Counted from the stretch's first letter, positions 15,762 to 24,442 are shown. The stretch: DNA of 32,267 nt from a virus (IMGVR_UViG_3300030099_007882:1-32267), one strand, 5' to 3'. The notes: a model not told the origin generated them from the letters alone. Program-made: numbers and translations.

Positions 15762-17495
15762 ATGAAAAAAATCTTTGCGGGTTTAGCCTTGTTGTTTATT
15801 GCAAGCCTCGGCGCTGTAGCTGCTGAAAATTACAGTAATAAAATTGATGTAATAATAGCTAATCAACTAAAGAGGCAGCGCCAAGAAATGCCAAAGCCAA
15901 TTTCGGATGAAAGGTTTATTCGGCGGGCATACATAGATATTGTTGGACGCATTCCAACATACGATGAGGGTCAATCCTTTACTTCACGCAAAGAGTTGAT
16001 TGATAAGCTCCTAGATAGTAAGGGTTATACCGAAAATATGTTTAACTTTTGGGCGGATTTGCTCAGGATAAAAAAAAGACTTAGTAATAATGTAAATGGC
16101 GTTAATTACATTTTTTGGATAAAGGATCAGATTGACGATAACGTCAGCTATGATGTAATGGTCAAGAGGCTACTTACGGCAAAGGGTCGTATTTGGGAGA
16201 ATCCCGAGGTTGGATATTTTTTACGCGACGAGGGAATGTTGCTAGACAATGTTAGTAACACATTTCAGGCATTTGCTGGGATGGATATAAGTTGCGCCCA
16301 ATGCCATGACCACCCCTTCGATGATTGGAGTCAGTTTGACTACTATAATCTAACCGCATTTTTTGGGCCGCTTGATACCCGCAATCGTAAAGGTGACAAT
16401 GGACACTTGAAAAGAATAAGGGATGAGGCAACTGCAATGGATAAGGGTGATAGCAGAGGAACGATAAATAAGGTCAATCAATTTATCAGGTATGGATATC
16501 AATATGGAGTTAACGATAACCAAAAAAAGATATTAAAACTACCGCATGATTACCAGTATAAGGATGGAGAACCAAATGAAACAGTTAAGGCAAGAACGGT
16601 ATTCGGCAAACACATTAGAGAGCATAGAGATAGAACAAAATTACGAGAAGATTTTGCTAATTGGCTCACCGCTGATGAGCATCCGTTTTTTGCAGCAAAT
16701 ATTGTTAACAGATTATGGAATAGAGCTTTTGGTTTCCCCTTGATTGATGGTTTAAATACTATTACGCAGGGTGACAAACTAATTAAGAGTAAAAACGATG
16801 AATTACTCAGGTATTTAATCACAGTAATTAAAAAAGTTAACTATGACACAAAGAACTTTAATAGAATTCTGCTAAATACAAGATTTTATCAGAGCGAGGC
16901 TGACGCCGAGGGTAAATTTAGAGGTCCAGCACTCAGGAGAATGACTGCGCCCCAGTTTTGGGACTCGCTTGTAACTCTTCATGTCGGTGATCCCGATGGG
17001 TGGCAACCAAAGCGCTACGACGAGGAATATTCAAAGGTTTTCTCAGATCTTGCTGAAATGGATGCTGCAACTGTTGTGAAAAAACATAACGAGTATAACT
17101 CCCTGAACAGGAAATATTATGATGGCGCCCCAAAGCTTGGCTCTTTATTGGCGATACGGTCATCACATGTGTTTGAAAATTCTAAAAATGCCAACTTTCT
17201 AATTGAGTTCGGGCGTTCGGATAGAGAATTAATTCAGAATGGTGATACAGATGGCAACATCACTCAAATTTTAGTTTTGATGAATAGCCCACTGGCAAGC
17301 ACACTGGGTTCTAAAATTAGTTTTGCAATGAAAAAGGCCCAGAGCGCACCAAAAGAAAAATCCTTAGAGATACTATTTTATTCTTTTTTGGGTAGAATGC
17401 CAACAGCAACAGAAAAGAAAGCGCTGGCTGACGCATACCTTTATGACATTGTGTGGGTTTTGTTGAACTCTCACGAAATGAAATTAATAACATGA
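15762..17495 (+). CDS. Secreted DUF1549 (PSCyt2) / DUF1553 (PSD1) protein with a CxxCH motif
   Basis: Sec-type signal MKKIFAGLALLFIASLGAVAA; DERFIRRAYIDIVGRIPT; FWADLLR; SCAQCHDHPFDDW; FAANIVNRLW; RRMTAPQFWDSL; FGRSDR; QILVLMN; DIVWVLLNSHE. Confidence 0.9.
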   Translation: MKKIFAGLALLFIASLGAVAAENYSNKIDVIIANQLKRQRQEMPKPISDERFIRRAYIDIVGRIPTYDEGQSFTSRKELIDKLLDSKGYTENMFNFWADLLRIKKRLSNNVNGVNYIFWIKDQIDDNVSYDVMVKRLLTAKGRIWENPEVGYFLRDEGMLLDNVSNTFQAFAGMDISCAQCHDHPFDDWSQFDYYNLTAFFGPLDTRNRKGDNGHLKRIRDEATAMDKGDSRGTINKVNQFIRYGYQYGVNDNQKKILKLPHDYQYKDGEPNETVKARTVFGKHIREHRDRTKLREDFANWLTADEHPFFAANIVNRLWNRAFGFPLIDGLNTITQGDKLIKSKNDELLRYLITVIKKVNYDTKNFNRILLNTRFYQSEADAEGKFRGPALRRMTAPQFWDSLVTLHVGDPDGWQPKRYDEEYSKVFSDLAEMDAATVVKKHNEYNSLNRKYYDGAPKLGSLLAIRSSHVFENSKNANFLIEFGRSDRELIQNGDTDGNITQILVLMNSPLASTLGSKISFAMKKAQSAPKEKSLEILFYSFLGRMPTATEKKALADAYLYDIVWVLLNSHEMKLIT

Positions 17496-18703
17496 ACCGC
17501 AGACTTTTTATAAATAGCTTGGCAACTTCAGCTTTTGGGCTTACCGCCCTCAAGGGAGCAGCAAAGCAGCCAAACCCTAAGGTAAAAAATGTAATCTATA
17601 TTTATCTTGATGGAGGCATGAGTCACATAGACTCATTTGATCCAAAAGATGATGATGAGGTAAAAGGTCAAACGACTAAGATCGCAACAAATGTAGATGG
17701 AATTCAAATTGGCCATCGCTTACCTAAGCTTGCCAAAACAATGGATAAAATTTGCGTAATCAGAGGCATGACTTCCAAAACAGGCGCTCATGGTCCAGCG
17801 CAATACCTAAATCGAACTTCTTATCGGCAGATAGGCACAATAGTGCATCCAAGTCTAGGTTCGTGGGCGGCACACTTAAAGGACAGGGAGAGGGAAATGC
17901 CCGATTATGTATTGATTTCTGGCTCTTCCGCTCATCCTAAATCTGGATTTCTGCCGCGTATCAAGTCGCCATTGCCGATTGTTGATCCGAATGCTGGATT
18001 AAAGAACGTAAGAACGGATAGGCATTTACAGGAGCGTTTGACTCTGTTAAATAGCCTTAATGCAAACATTGTATCCAAAAAATACCCCATCGTAAAAGAA
18101 TATTCCGATTTTTATGATGACACAATCAAGTTCCTCAAGTCGAAAGATTTAGATTTATTTGATCTGTCAAGAGAGAGTCAGAAAAAAAGAGACGCTTACG
18201 GCAAAACAAGGCTTGGTCAGGGCTGTTTATTGGCAAAAAGACTAATTAAGGGTGACATTCAATTTATAGAAATAAATAATGGTGGCTGGGATACGCATGT
18301 AGATAATTTTACAAAATTAGATGACAAACTAAAAGAGCTTGATGACGCCTTGAGCGCACTGGTCACCGACTTGGAAGCGGATGGCTTATTGGACAGCACC
18401 CTCATTACGCTAACGACAGATTTTGGAAGGACTCCGCGTATAAACGTTAATAGTGGGCGCGATCACCATCCCCAGTGTTATTCAGCACTGATGATAGGGG
18501 GTGGTATTAAGGGTGGAATGGTGCTTGGTGAAAGCGATAAAAAGGCCATTAAGGTTACCAGTAAATCCTATGACGCCGCAGACCTAAACTGCACTGCCGC
18601 ACACCTTCTGGGGATTGATGTAGAGGAGGAACATTTTTCACCAAACGGTAGACCTTTTACAGTGGCTCAGAAGGGTCAAATCATAAAAGAAATATTGAAT
18701 TAG
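17492..18703 (+). CDS. Tat-exported DUF1501 protein (alkaline phosphatase/sulfatase-like fold)
   Basis: Twin-arginine MNRRLF signal; LDGGMSHIDSFDPK; GQGCLLAKRL; GWDTH; DFGRTP; GRDHHP. ATGA coupling to the upstream gene fixes the start at 17492. Confidence 0.9.
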   Translation: MNRRLFINSLATSAFGLTALKGAAKQPNPKVKNVIYIYLDGGMSHIDSFDPKDDDEVKGQTTKIATNVDGIQIGHRLPKLAKTMDKICVIRGMTSKTGAHGPAQYLNRTSYRQIGTIVHPSLGSWAAHLKDREREMPDYVLISGSSAHPKSGFLPRIKSPLPIVDPNAGLKNVRTDRHLQERLTLLNSLNANIVSKKYPIVKEYSDFYDDTIKFLKSKDLDLFDLSRESQKKRDAYGKTRLGQGCLLAKRLIKGDIQFIEINNGGWDTHVDNFTKLDDKLKELDDALSALVTDLEADGLLDSTLITLTTDFGRTPRINVNSGRDHHPQCYSALMIGGGIKGGMVLGESDKKAIKVTSKSYDAADLNCTAAHLLGIDVEEEHFSPNGRPFTVAQKGQIIKEILN

Positions 18704-18722
18704 CGAGATTGTTTCATACAAT
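18695..18722 (+). promoter_or_regulatory. Sigma70-like promoter, leaderless
   Basis: TTGAAT (18695-18700), N16, TACAAT (18717-18722), N5, ATG at 18728. Confidence 0.65.
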
Positions 18723-18727
18723 CTTAC

Positions 18728-19207
18728 ATGATTGTTCAATACTACAAACCCAATGCTAAAAATACGGGTTGTGCGTTCAGTTTTGATATAGGGGCTAATA
18801 ATAAAAACCAAGAGCCTTGTGTATACATTAGGGCTGTAAAGCAGTATTCTTGGAATAGCAAAACTCGGAGTGGATCTTTTTCTGAAAACGCGAAAAATCC
18901 CGAAAAGTCAATTTCGATTAAGTTAAATGAAATTGAAATAGGAGGATTTATTCAGGCCATTGAAAATTACCAAGAATTTTCTGCGTTCCACTCTTACGAG
19001 GACAATAAAACCTCAATTTTGTTTAAGCCATATACAAAAAAAGATGGCAGCAAAGCCTTTTCTTTTGGGGTGACACGAAACTCCGCTAATAAATTTGGTA
19101 TAGGTGTTGAAATGTCAGAAGCGTATTGTCTGCGTGAATTTTTGAAATTTTACTTGCAGGAACTTTACATTTACCGTTTATCAAAGAATAAAACTTTCAA
19201 GCAGTAA
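18728..19207 (+). CDS. Whirly/PC4-fold-like putative ssDNA-binding protein
   Basis: Two beta-sheet + helix units; KQYSW, IKLNEIEIGGFI, AFH, DGSKAFSFGV, IGVEMSEAYCL parallel Whirly motifs. Confidence 0.6.
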   Translation: MIVQYYKPNAKNTGCAFSFDIGANNKNQEPCVYIRAVKQYSWNSKTRSGSFSENAKNPEKSISIKLNEIEIGGFIQAIENYQEFSAFHSYEDNKTSILFKPYTKKDGSKAFSFGVTRNSANKFGIGVEMSEAYCLREFLKFYLQELYIYRLSKNKTFKQ

Positions 19208-21096
19208 TGAAGAAGAAAACTGTTTTAATTCATTCTAATTTTTGTAGAGCCTTTACAGGTTTTGGCAAAAACAAGAGAAACATAATGCGCTATCTTTACG
19301 ACACGGGTAAATATAACCTCGTCGAATTAGCGAATGGTATACATTGGCAAGACCCTCAGACGCAAAATGTGCCTTGGGATTGCAGGGGATCTTTACCAGA
19401 TCAAGGAAAAATGCAAGGTCTTAGCCCAGAACAGCAACGGGCAGAAGGTTACGGGGAAAGTTTGGTTGATATGGCTGTCAAGGAATTTAAACCAGATGTT
19501 TATATCGGAATGGAGGACATTTGGGCCTTTAATGGTTATAATAAAAAACCTTGGTGGGACAAAATAAACACCATGATTTGGACAACTTTAGACAGCCTGC
19601 CCATTCTTCAGTCTGCTGTGGACTTCGCGCCCAAGGTAAAGCATTATTATGTTTGGGCATCATTTGCCGAAAAGGCGTTAAAGAAGCTAGGCTATGATCA
19701 TGTCAAAACATTAAGGGGTTCTTTAGATATCACTAACTTCTATAGATTTAAAGATGAGGAGCGATTAAAATTGCGGCGAGCGCACAATCTTGGGAGTGAC
19801 TATATTGTTGGTTATGTTTTTAGGAATCAGCTTCGCAAGAGCGTTCCTAATCTACTGGACGGGTTTAAGGCCCTTAAGGTTACCGTTCCTCAAGCAAAAC
19901 TACTTTTACATACACATTGGTCAGAAGGCTGGGATATTCCCCGAATGATAGAGGAAAAAGGTATCAGCCCAAGCGACATACTGACCACCTATGTATGCAA
20001 TAAGTGCAAGGGTTATTCCATACGTCCGTTTACGGGTCAGGAGCAAAATTGTAACCTGTGCGGCAGTAAAAAGACTCAAAACACCACGAATACAGGCAAC
20101 GGCGTCACAGAGTCTCAGCTAAATGAAATCTATAATTTAATGGATGTTTATTGCCACCCCTTTACTAGCGGTGGCCAAGAAATACCAATCCAAGAAGCAA
20201 AATTAACAGAATTAATTACACTAGCTACGGACTATTCTTGTGGTGAAGACAACGTTACAGAAGAAAGCGGGGGAATACCTCTTCGTTGGCATGAATATAG
20301 AGAACCTGGAACACAATTCATTAAAGCCTCAACGGATTCTAATGATATAACTGAAAAATTACTACATGTTTATAACATGGACAATGAAGATAGGCGCTCT
20401 CAGGAAACAAAATCTAGACAATGGGTTATAGACAATTTCTCCATAGAGGTTATCGGAAGTCAGCTTGAGAAGATAATTGACGACATGCCAGAAGTTAATT
20501 ATGACTACGAATTAAAACCCGCGAAGTTAAATGTGGAATACGAAACCAAACCGCAATACCGCAACAAGGAAGATTTTTTGATTGATATTTATAAAAATAT
20601 TTTAAATGATGACGTAGACAGCAATACTCAAGGATTTAAACATTGGATGGCGCAGTTAAATGCGGGCATGGACCCAAAGACAGTTATAAAACATTTTAGG
20701 GATGTTGCCGTCAAAGAGAATGCAAAAAATAATTCACCCGATTTGGTGGATTTACTAGATTCAGATGATGGTGGTCGTCGTATTGCCATCGTTCTGCCTG
20801 AAGGGGAGACTGATGTGTTTTTAGTCAATTCGCTAATAAGTAACTTAAAAAAACAATATAAAAAATACAATATATATTTCTTTACGAAGCCTGAACATTT
20901 TCAATATATAGATGATCATCCCGACATCCATAAATGTTTGCCTTATAGCCCATTGCTAGAGAATGTTTTAGCTTTAGAGGGCGCTGGTTCCCATGAGGGT
21001 TTATTTGAGATGGCTTTTTACCCGAATACCACCACACAAAAAAGCGCTGCGTACATTCATAACGGTTTAGATAAACACCAATTTTCTCTCACATAG
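19207..21096 (+). CDS. Multi-domain GT-B (GT4-like) glycosyltransferase
   Basis: TGFGK, VFRNQLRKSVP, MDVYCHPFTSGGQEIPIQEA; CxxC...CxxC insert; C-terminal DUF4214-like and GT9-N-like segments. Confidence 0.8.
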   Translation: MKKKTVLIHSNFCRAFTGFGKNKRNIMRYLYDTGKYNLVELANGIHWQDPQTQNVPWDCRGSLPDQGKMQGLSPEQQRAEGYGESLVDMAVKEFKPDVYIGMEDIWAFNGYNKKPWWDKINTMIWTTLDSLPILQSAVDFAPKVKHYYVWASFAEKALKKLGYDHVKTLRGSLDITNFYRFKDEERLKLRRAHNLGSDYIVGYVFRNQLRKSVPNLLDGFKALKVTVPQAKLLLHTHWSEGWDIPRMIEEKGISPSDILTTYVCNKCKGYSIRPFTGQEQNCNLCGSKKTQNTTNTGNGVTESQLNEIYNLMDVYCHPFTSGGQEIPIQEAKLTELITLATDYSCGEDNVTEESGGIPLRWHEYREPGTQFIKASTDSNDITEKLLHVYNMDNEDRRSQETKSRQWVIDNFSIEVIGSQLEKIIDDMPEVNYDYELKPAKLNVEYETKPQYRNKEDFLIDIYKNILNDDVDSNTQGFKHWMAQLNAGMDPKTVIKHFRDVAVKENAKNNSPDLVDLLDSDDGGRRIAIVLPEGETDVFLVNSLISNLKKQYKKYNIYFFTKPEHFQYIDDHPDIHKCLPYSPLLENVLALEGAGSHEGLFEMAFYPNTTTQKSAAYIHNGLDKHQFSLT

Positions 21097-21098
21097 AA

Positions 21099-22238
21099 AT
21101 GTCTCACTTACTAGAAGAATATGCAAAAAATTTAGGGGTAAAGGCTTCTCGGCCAATTACGAAGGATCACTTTTTTCCCATTGTAGCTGACAAGTATATA
21201 ACCATTACAACGGAGGAGCATAAACCCGCCAAACATTACAAGCTGTATAATATAGTTTTAACTTTACTAAAACCTGTTTTTCAGGCTAACAATATCAAGG
21301 TTGTTCAACTTGGTCAGGGCAAACCAATTCAGGGCGTCGATCACATCTTAAATGTTTCTTTTAAGCAAAAATGTTTTATTTTATCTAATTCGCTTTTACA
21401 TTTAGGGTGTGACGGGGTTCTATCTCATGCGGCAAGCGCAAAAAATATTCCAACAGTAAATCTTTTTGGAAACACGTTTCCAAATACAAATCGACCTCTT
21501 TTTTCCGCAAGTAAATTAAATGTTAATTTAGCTCCAGAGTGGGATAACAAACCATGCTTTAACGTGCAAGACCCAAAGAGTGAGATCAATAAAATTAAAC
21601 CCGAAGACGTTGCTTCAGCAATTTTAAAACTATTAAAAGTAGATGGTTCAATCAATTTTGAAACAAAGCACGTTGGCGCGACTTTTGGGCAGGTTGCGGT
21701 GGAAATTGTACCCACTTCATTTGTGCCGATCAACTTGGGGCAGGATCAGTCTCTGTTTTTAAGGCTTGACTATGGCTATGACGAAAGAGCCTTTCTGCAA
21801 TATGCAAAAAACCATAAAATAACTATTATAACTGACAAACTCATTCAACCCCACGGCTTAAAGGATATTTCAGGTAATGTTTCGGGATTATTTATTTTCG
21901 TAGATCCTTCTTGGAATACTATCCCAGAGAGTTACTTTAAAATACTTAAAAGTTGGAATATACCGTGTAGTTTGTTGGTCAAAGATAAGAGTCACTTAGG
22001 CGAAATAAGAAATAAATATTTTGATACCCTTGTTCGCTTATATAATCCTGAGCGTCCAAAAGTAGAGGGTTTAAAGGAAAACGCTCAATTTTTCTCTTCG
22101 AAAAGACTACTAGAAGGCGGGAAGGAATATTTAAGTTACGCTCATTGGAAAAAAGGTCTTGACTCCAACAATAAAGTGTTGGATAGTCCTGATTATTGGA
22201 AAGAATTAGACCACTTTTACATCTATGAGCAAAACTAA
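21099..22238 (+). CDS. Protein with a GT9 (heptosyltransferase-like) C-terminal Rossmann domain plus an unknown domain
   Basis: HLLEEYAKNLG, KVVQLG, LHLGCDGVLSHAASAKNIPTVNLFGNT, INKIKPEDV. Confidence 0.7.
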   Translation: MSHLLEEYAKNLGVKASRPITKDHFFPIVADKYITITTEEHKPAKHYKLYNIVLTLLKPVFQANNIKVVQLGQGKPIQGVDHILNVSFKQKCFILSNSLLHLGCDGVLSHAASAKNIPTVNLFGNTFPNTNRPLFSASKLNVNLAPEWDNKPCFNVQDPKSEINKIKPEDVASAILKLLKVDGSINFETKHVGATFGQVAVEIVPTSFVPINLGQDQSLFLRLDYGYDERAFLQYAKNHKITIITDKLIQPHGLKDISGNVSGLFIFVDPSWNTIPESYFKILKSWNIPCSLLVKDKSHLGEIRNKYFDTLVRLYNPERPKVEGLKENAQFFSSKRLLEGGKEYLSYAHWKKGLDSNNKVLDSPDYWKELDHFYIYEQN

Positions 22239-22980
22239 AAAATTATACGGACCAGATATTTACAAGCGCAACGATGATGGCCTACTTGAAAACGTAGATT
22301 ATGTTTTTAATGAGGACGGTTCGATTGATTGGCGCTCAATGATTAAGCCTGAGTTCCTTTACCCTAATAAAGGCTGGTTTGATGCTCGCAACAAGCCTGT
22401 GCCAAATTCTATCGAAGGCTTGGATGATAAACAGCTTTTGATTATGCTCGGCGGCATAAAGGAGTTAGCAAAGCTTAGAGGTTACACTGGTGTCGAGTTT
22501 CAGGTGAATAATGTTTCAGATGGTTACGTTACAGCAAAATGCACTATTTACTGGCAGAAGAATTATGAGAGTGTCGGTGATTGGACGACCGAATATCAGG
22601 ATGTGGCCAATGCCACTTTAGCTAATACTGATGCTTTTTGTGCTAAATTTCTTGAAACCATAGCCTGCAACAGGGCATTCGTGCGCTGTGTTCGCAACTA
22701 CTTGAACATTCATATTGTGGGTGCAGATGAGATCGATAAATCGCAAGGTGCAGGTCAGGCCGTAGAAGCCGAAGCTGTTGCCCCTATTACGCCCGTAGGA
22801 CTGCTCCAAAAGACTCTGAGGGACAAACATCAGGTAGACTCCTTTGACGGCTGCAAGGAGCTTTTGAGGGACTTGTGGAAGAATGAAACCTACAGGAATG
22901 AGTCAGCGAAGAAGTGGGTGTCCTTTGGAGACATCCCAGCTAAGGAGGCTCGCAAGTTGATTTCGGTGCTTAATCAATGA
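22225..22980 (+). CDS. Putative single-strand annealing protein (Rad52/RecT/Erf superfamily-like)
   Basis: GGIKELAKLRG...VTAKCTI...ETIACNRAFVRCVRNYLNI...ADEI, the sheet plus long helix signature of SSAPs. Confidence 0.55.
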   Translation: MSKTKKLYGPDIYKRNDDGLLENVDYVFNEDGSIDWRSMIKPEFLYPNKGWFDARNKPVPNSIEGLDDKQLLIMLGGIKELAKLRGYTGVEFQVNNVSDGYVTAKCTIYWQKNYESVGDWTTEYQDVANATLANTDAFCAKFLETIACNRAFVRCVRNYLNIHIVGADEIDKSQGAGQAVEAEAVAPITPVGLLQKTLRDKHQVDSFDGCKELLRDLWKNETYRNESAKKWVSFGDIPAKEARKLISVLNQ

Positions 22981-23420
22981 TAAAAAGAATTCTTAACCCA
23001 GATGATTTGAAAAAATTAGTGGCGGATATTGCTGAACTCGATCCGCCCAATCACCACAATTTTGTAACTTATGATTTGGAAAATCTTTACCATGGATTGG
23101 CTCACAAATCCATTTTAGCGTGGGACTTCTTTCTATGGGGTAATCTAAAAGATGATAAATATACTGGATACATAGCATTTCTGAATCACAAGAGTCAGAT
23201 ATTCAAGGAGAGAATATTCCAAGAATATGGCTGGTTTTCCTCAGATGAAAAATGCGGTTATAAGCTCTTGGTTACAGCCCTTAAATTTGCTCAAGAGAAA
23301 AAATTTGATTGTGTGTCCATGAGTTCCGTGGTTAACAACCCCAAATATGACAAGCTTAATGGATTTTATGAAAAAATGGGATTCAAGCCAGATTGTGTTA
23401 CTTATATCGCAAAATTATGA
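22977..23420 (+). CDS. GNAT-fold acetyltransferase-like protein
   Basis: GYKLLVTALKFA and LNGFYEKMGF motifs. Confidence 0.65.
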   Translation: MIKRILNPDDLKKLVADIAELDPPNHHNFVTYDLENLYHGLAHKSILAWDFFLWGNLKDDKYTGYIAFLNHKSQIFKERIFQEYGWFSSDEKCGYKLLVTALKFAQEKKFDCVSMSSVVNNPKYDKLNGFYEKMGFKPDCVTYIAKL

Positions 23421-23620
23421 ATAGTAAAATAGCCAAACAACTAAGAAAACTTTGCCCTCCTGATGACATGGTGTCAAGAAGGGTTTACCGTAGATTAAAA
23501 AAACAATATAATAGCCTTCCAAGACATGCAAGAAAAGACTTCATCGCCATCGCAAGAGAAACCTTCCTCAAAATGGAAGAAGAACAAAGTCGGAGTGTTC
23601 TGGACGAAGAAAAGGGATAA
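23417..23620 (+). CDS. Small basic hypothetical protein
   Basis: MNSKIAKQLRK...RRVYRRLKKQY; ATGA coupling to the GNAT stop. Confidence 0.6.
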   Translation: MNSKIAKQLRKLCPPDDMVSRRVYRRLKKQYNSLPRHARKDFIAIARETFLKMEEEQSRSVLDEEKG

Positions 23621-23756
23621 CGGCAAAAGTTATTTATCTGGCTCGTTCGAAATAGAGGGGCCTGATGGAATTATACACAAGATTCCTGTTTGTATTTTTA
23701 AGAACGAATTTAGTGACGGAAAAACCCCTCACTTTCAGGCATTTAAATTAGATTAA
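23526..23756 (+). CDS. Small DUF736-like beta protein
   Basis: VGVFWTKK..NGKSYLSG...IFKN...KTPHF pattern. The start is uncertain. Confidence 0.6.
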   Translation: MQEKTSSPSQEKPSSKWKKNKVGVFWTKKRDNGKSYLSGSFEIEGPDGIIHKIPVCIFKNEFSDGKTPHFQAFKLD

Positions 23757-24406
23757 ACAAGGAACGACTTATAATGTCCCACTCGAAGTCGGGGAACTAT
23801 AACGGGACTTACCCCCGTCTCCTTCTTGCAGTTCTGACAAAAACTTACATCATCGAAGCCCATTTCCCGATATTTCCCTAGCTCGTTCATGTTTAGCGTG
23901 AAGTAAGGATAGGTCATTTCCTCTATAATAGAGCGGTGAATACGGGTAAATCCAAAACCCGTAAAAACAGTTTCAATTAATTCATTTGGATTTTCCTTAG
24001 CCTTTTTTGTTAAGGCATTTACCGACAGGAAGGGCATATGGTGATTCTTTTCAAAGAAGTCAAGATCCCACTCTCCGCACATTGCATTGTCTCCAAAGTC
24101 TGACCTATACCATCCGCTACAAAATCTGTATTCTTCGGGTATTGAGAGCAGATCTTCGACCTGTTCAATGGTGAAGTCGATATCTGAATCGATCCAAAAT
24201 AACCATTTTGCATCTGCTGGGCGTGGATCAGCGAATCCCCTTCCCCCTGTAGCTAAATAATTTCGAGCGAAATTAAGAAACAATCGGTGACAAGTAAGAA
24301 TCTTAGAATTGTTTTTATCACACCAAGATTGAAGCTCTAGATAGCGAGGAATTAGGTTTCCCGTGATACCATCCGCAATGGGAACTAGAAAGATACAATC
24401 CAGCAT
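23753..24406 (-). CDS. GT-A fold glycosyltransferase
   Basis: FARNYL, WLFWIDSDIDF (DxD), TGFGF, YPYF, DVSFC, RVGHYK. Confidence 0.8.
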   Translation of the reverse strand: MLDCIFLVPIADGITGNLIPRYLELQSWCDKNNSKILTCHRLFLNFARNYLATGGRGFADPRPADAKWLFWIDSDIDFTIEQVEDLLSIPEEYRFCSGWYRSDFGDNAMCGEWDLDFFEKNHHMPFLSVNALTKKAKENPNELIETVFTGFGFTRIHRSIIEEMTYPYFTLNMNELGKYREMGFDDVSFCQNCKKETGVSPVIVPRLRVGHYKSFLV

Positions 24407-24411
24407 ACATA

Positions 24412-24439
24412 AGTATATGCTTTTTGGGATTTTATTCTA
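24412..24439 (-). promoter_or_regulatory. Sigma70-like promoter, leaderless
   Basis: On the minus strand: TAGAAT, N16, TATACT, N5, ATG (24406). Confidence 0.55.
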
Positions 24440-24442
24440 AAT

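Noticed and set aside
17453-17491. ORF-track start for DUF1501
   Set aside because: ATG 17492 gives ATGA coupling and places the twin-arginine signal at the N-terminus.
15762-18703. Window being a bacterial chromosome or a chimera because of Clp, gmd and the DUF1501 pair
   Set aside because: Divergent replication genes, tail genes, similar-looking composition and seamless gene junctions fit a single phage genome; a provirus cannot be excluded from this window alone.
1087-22830. Numerous 60-110 aa antisense or alternate-frame ORFs nested in + strand genes
   Set aside because: They lie inside well-supported genes and have no motifs; they are expected shadow ORFs.
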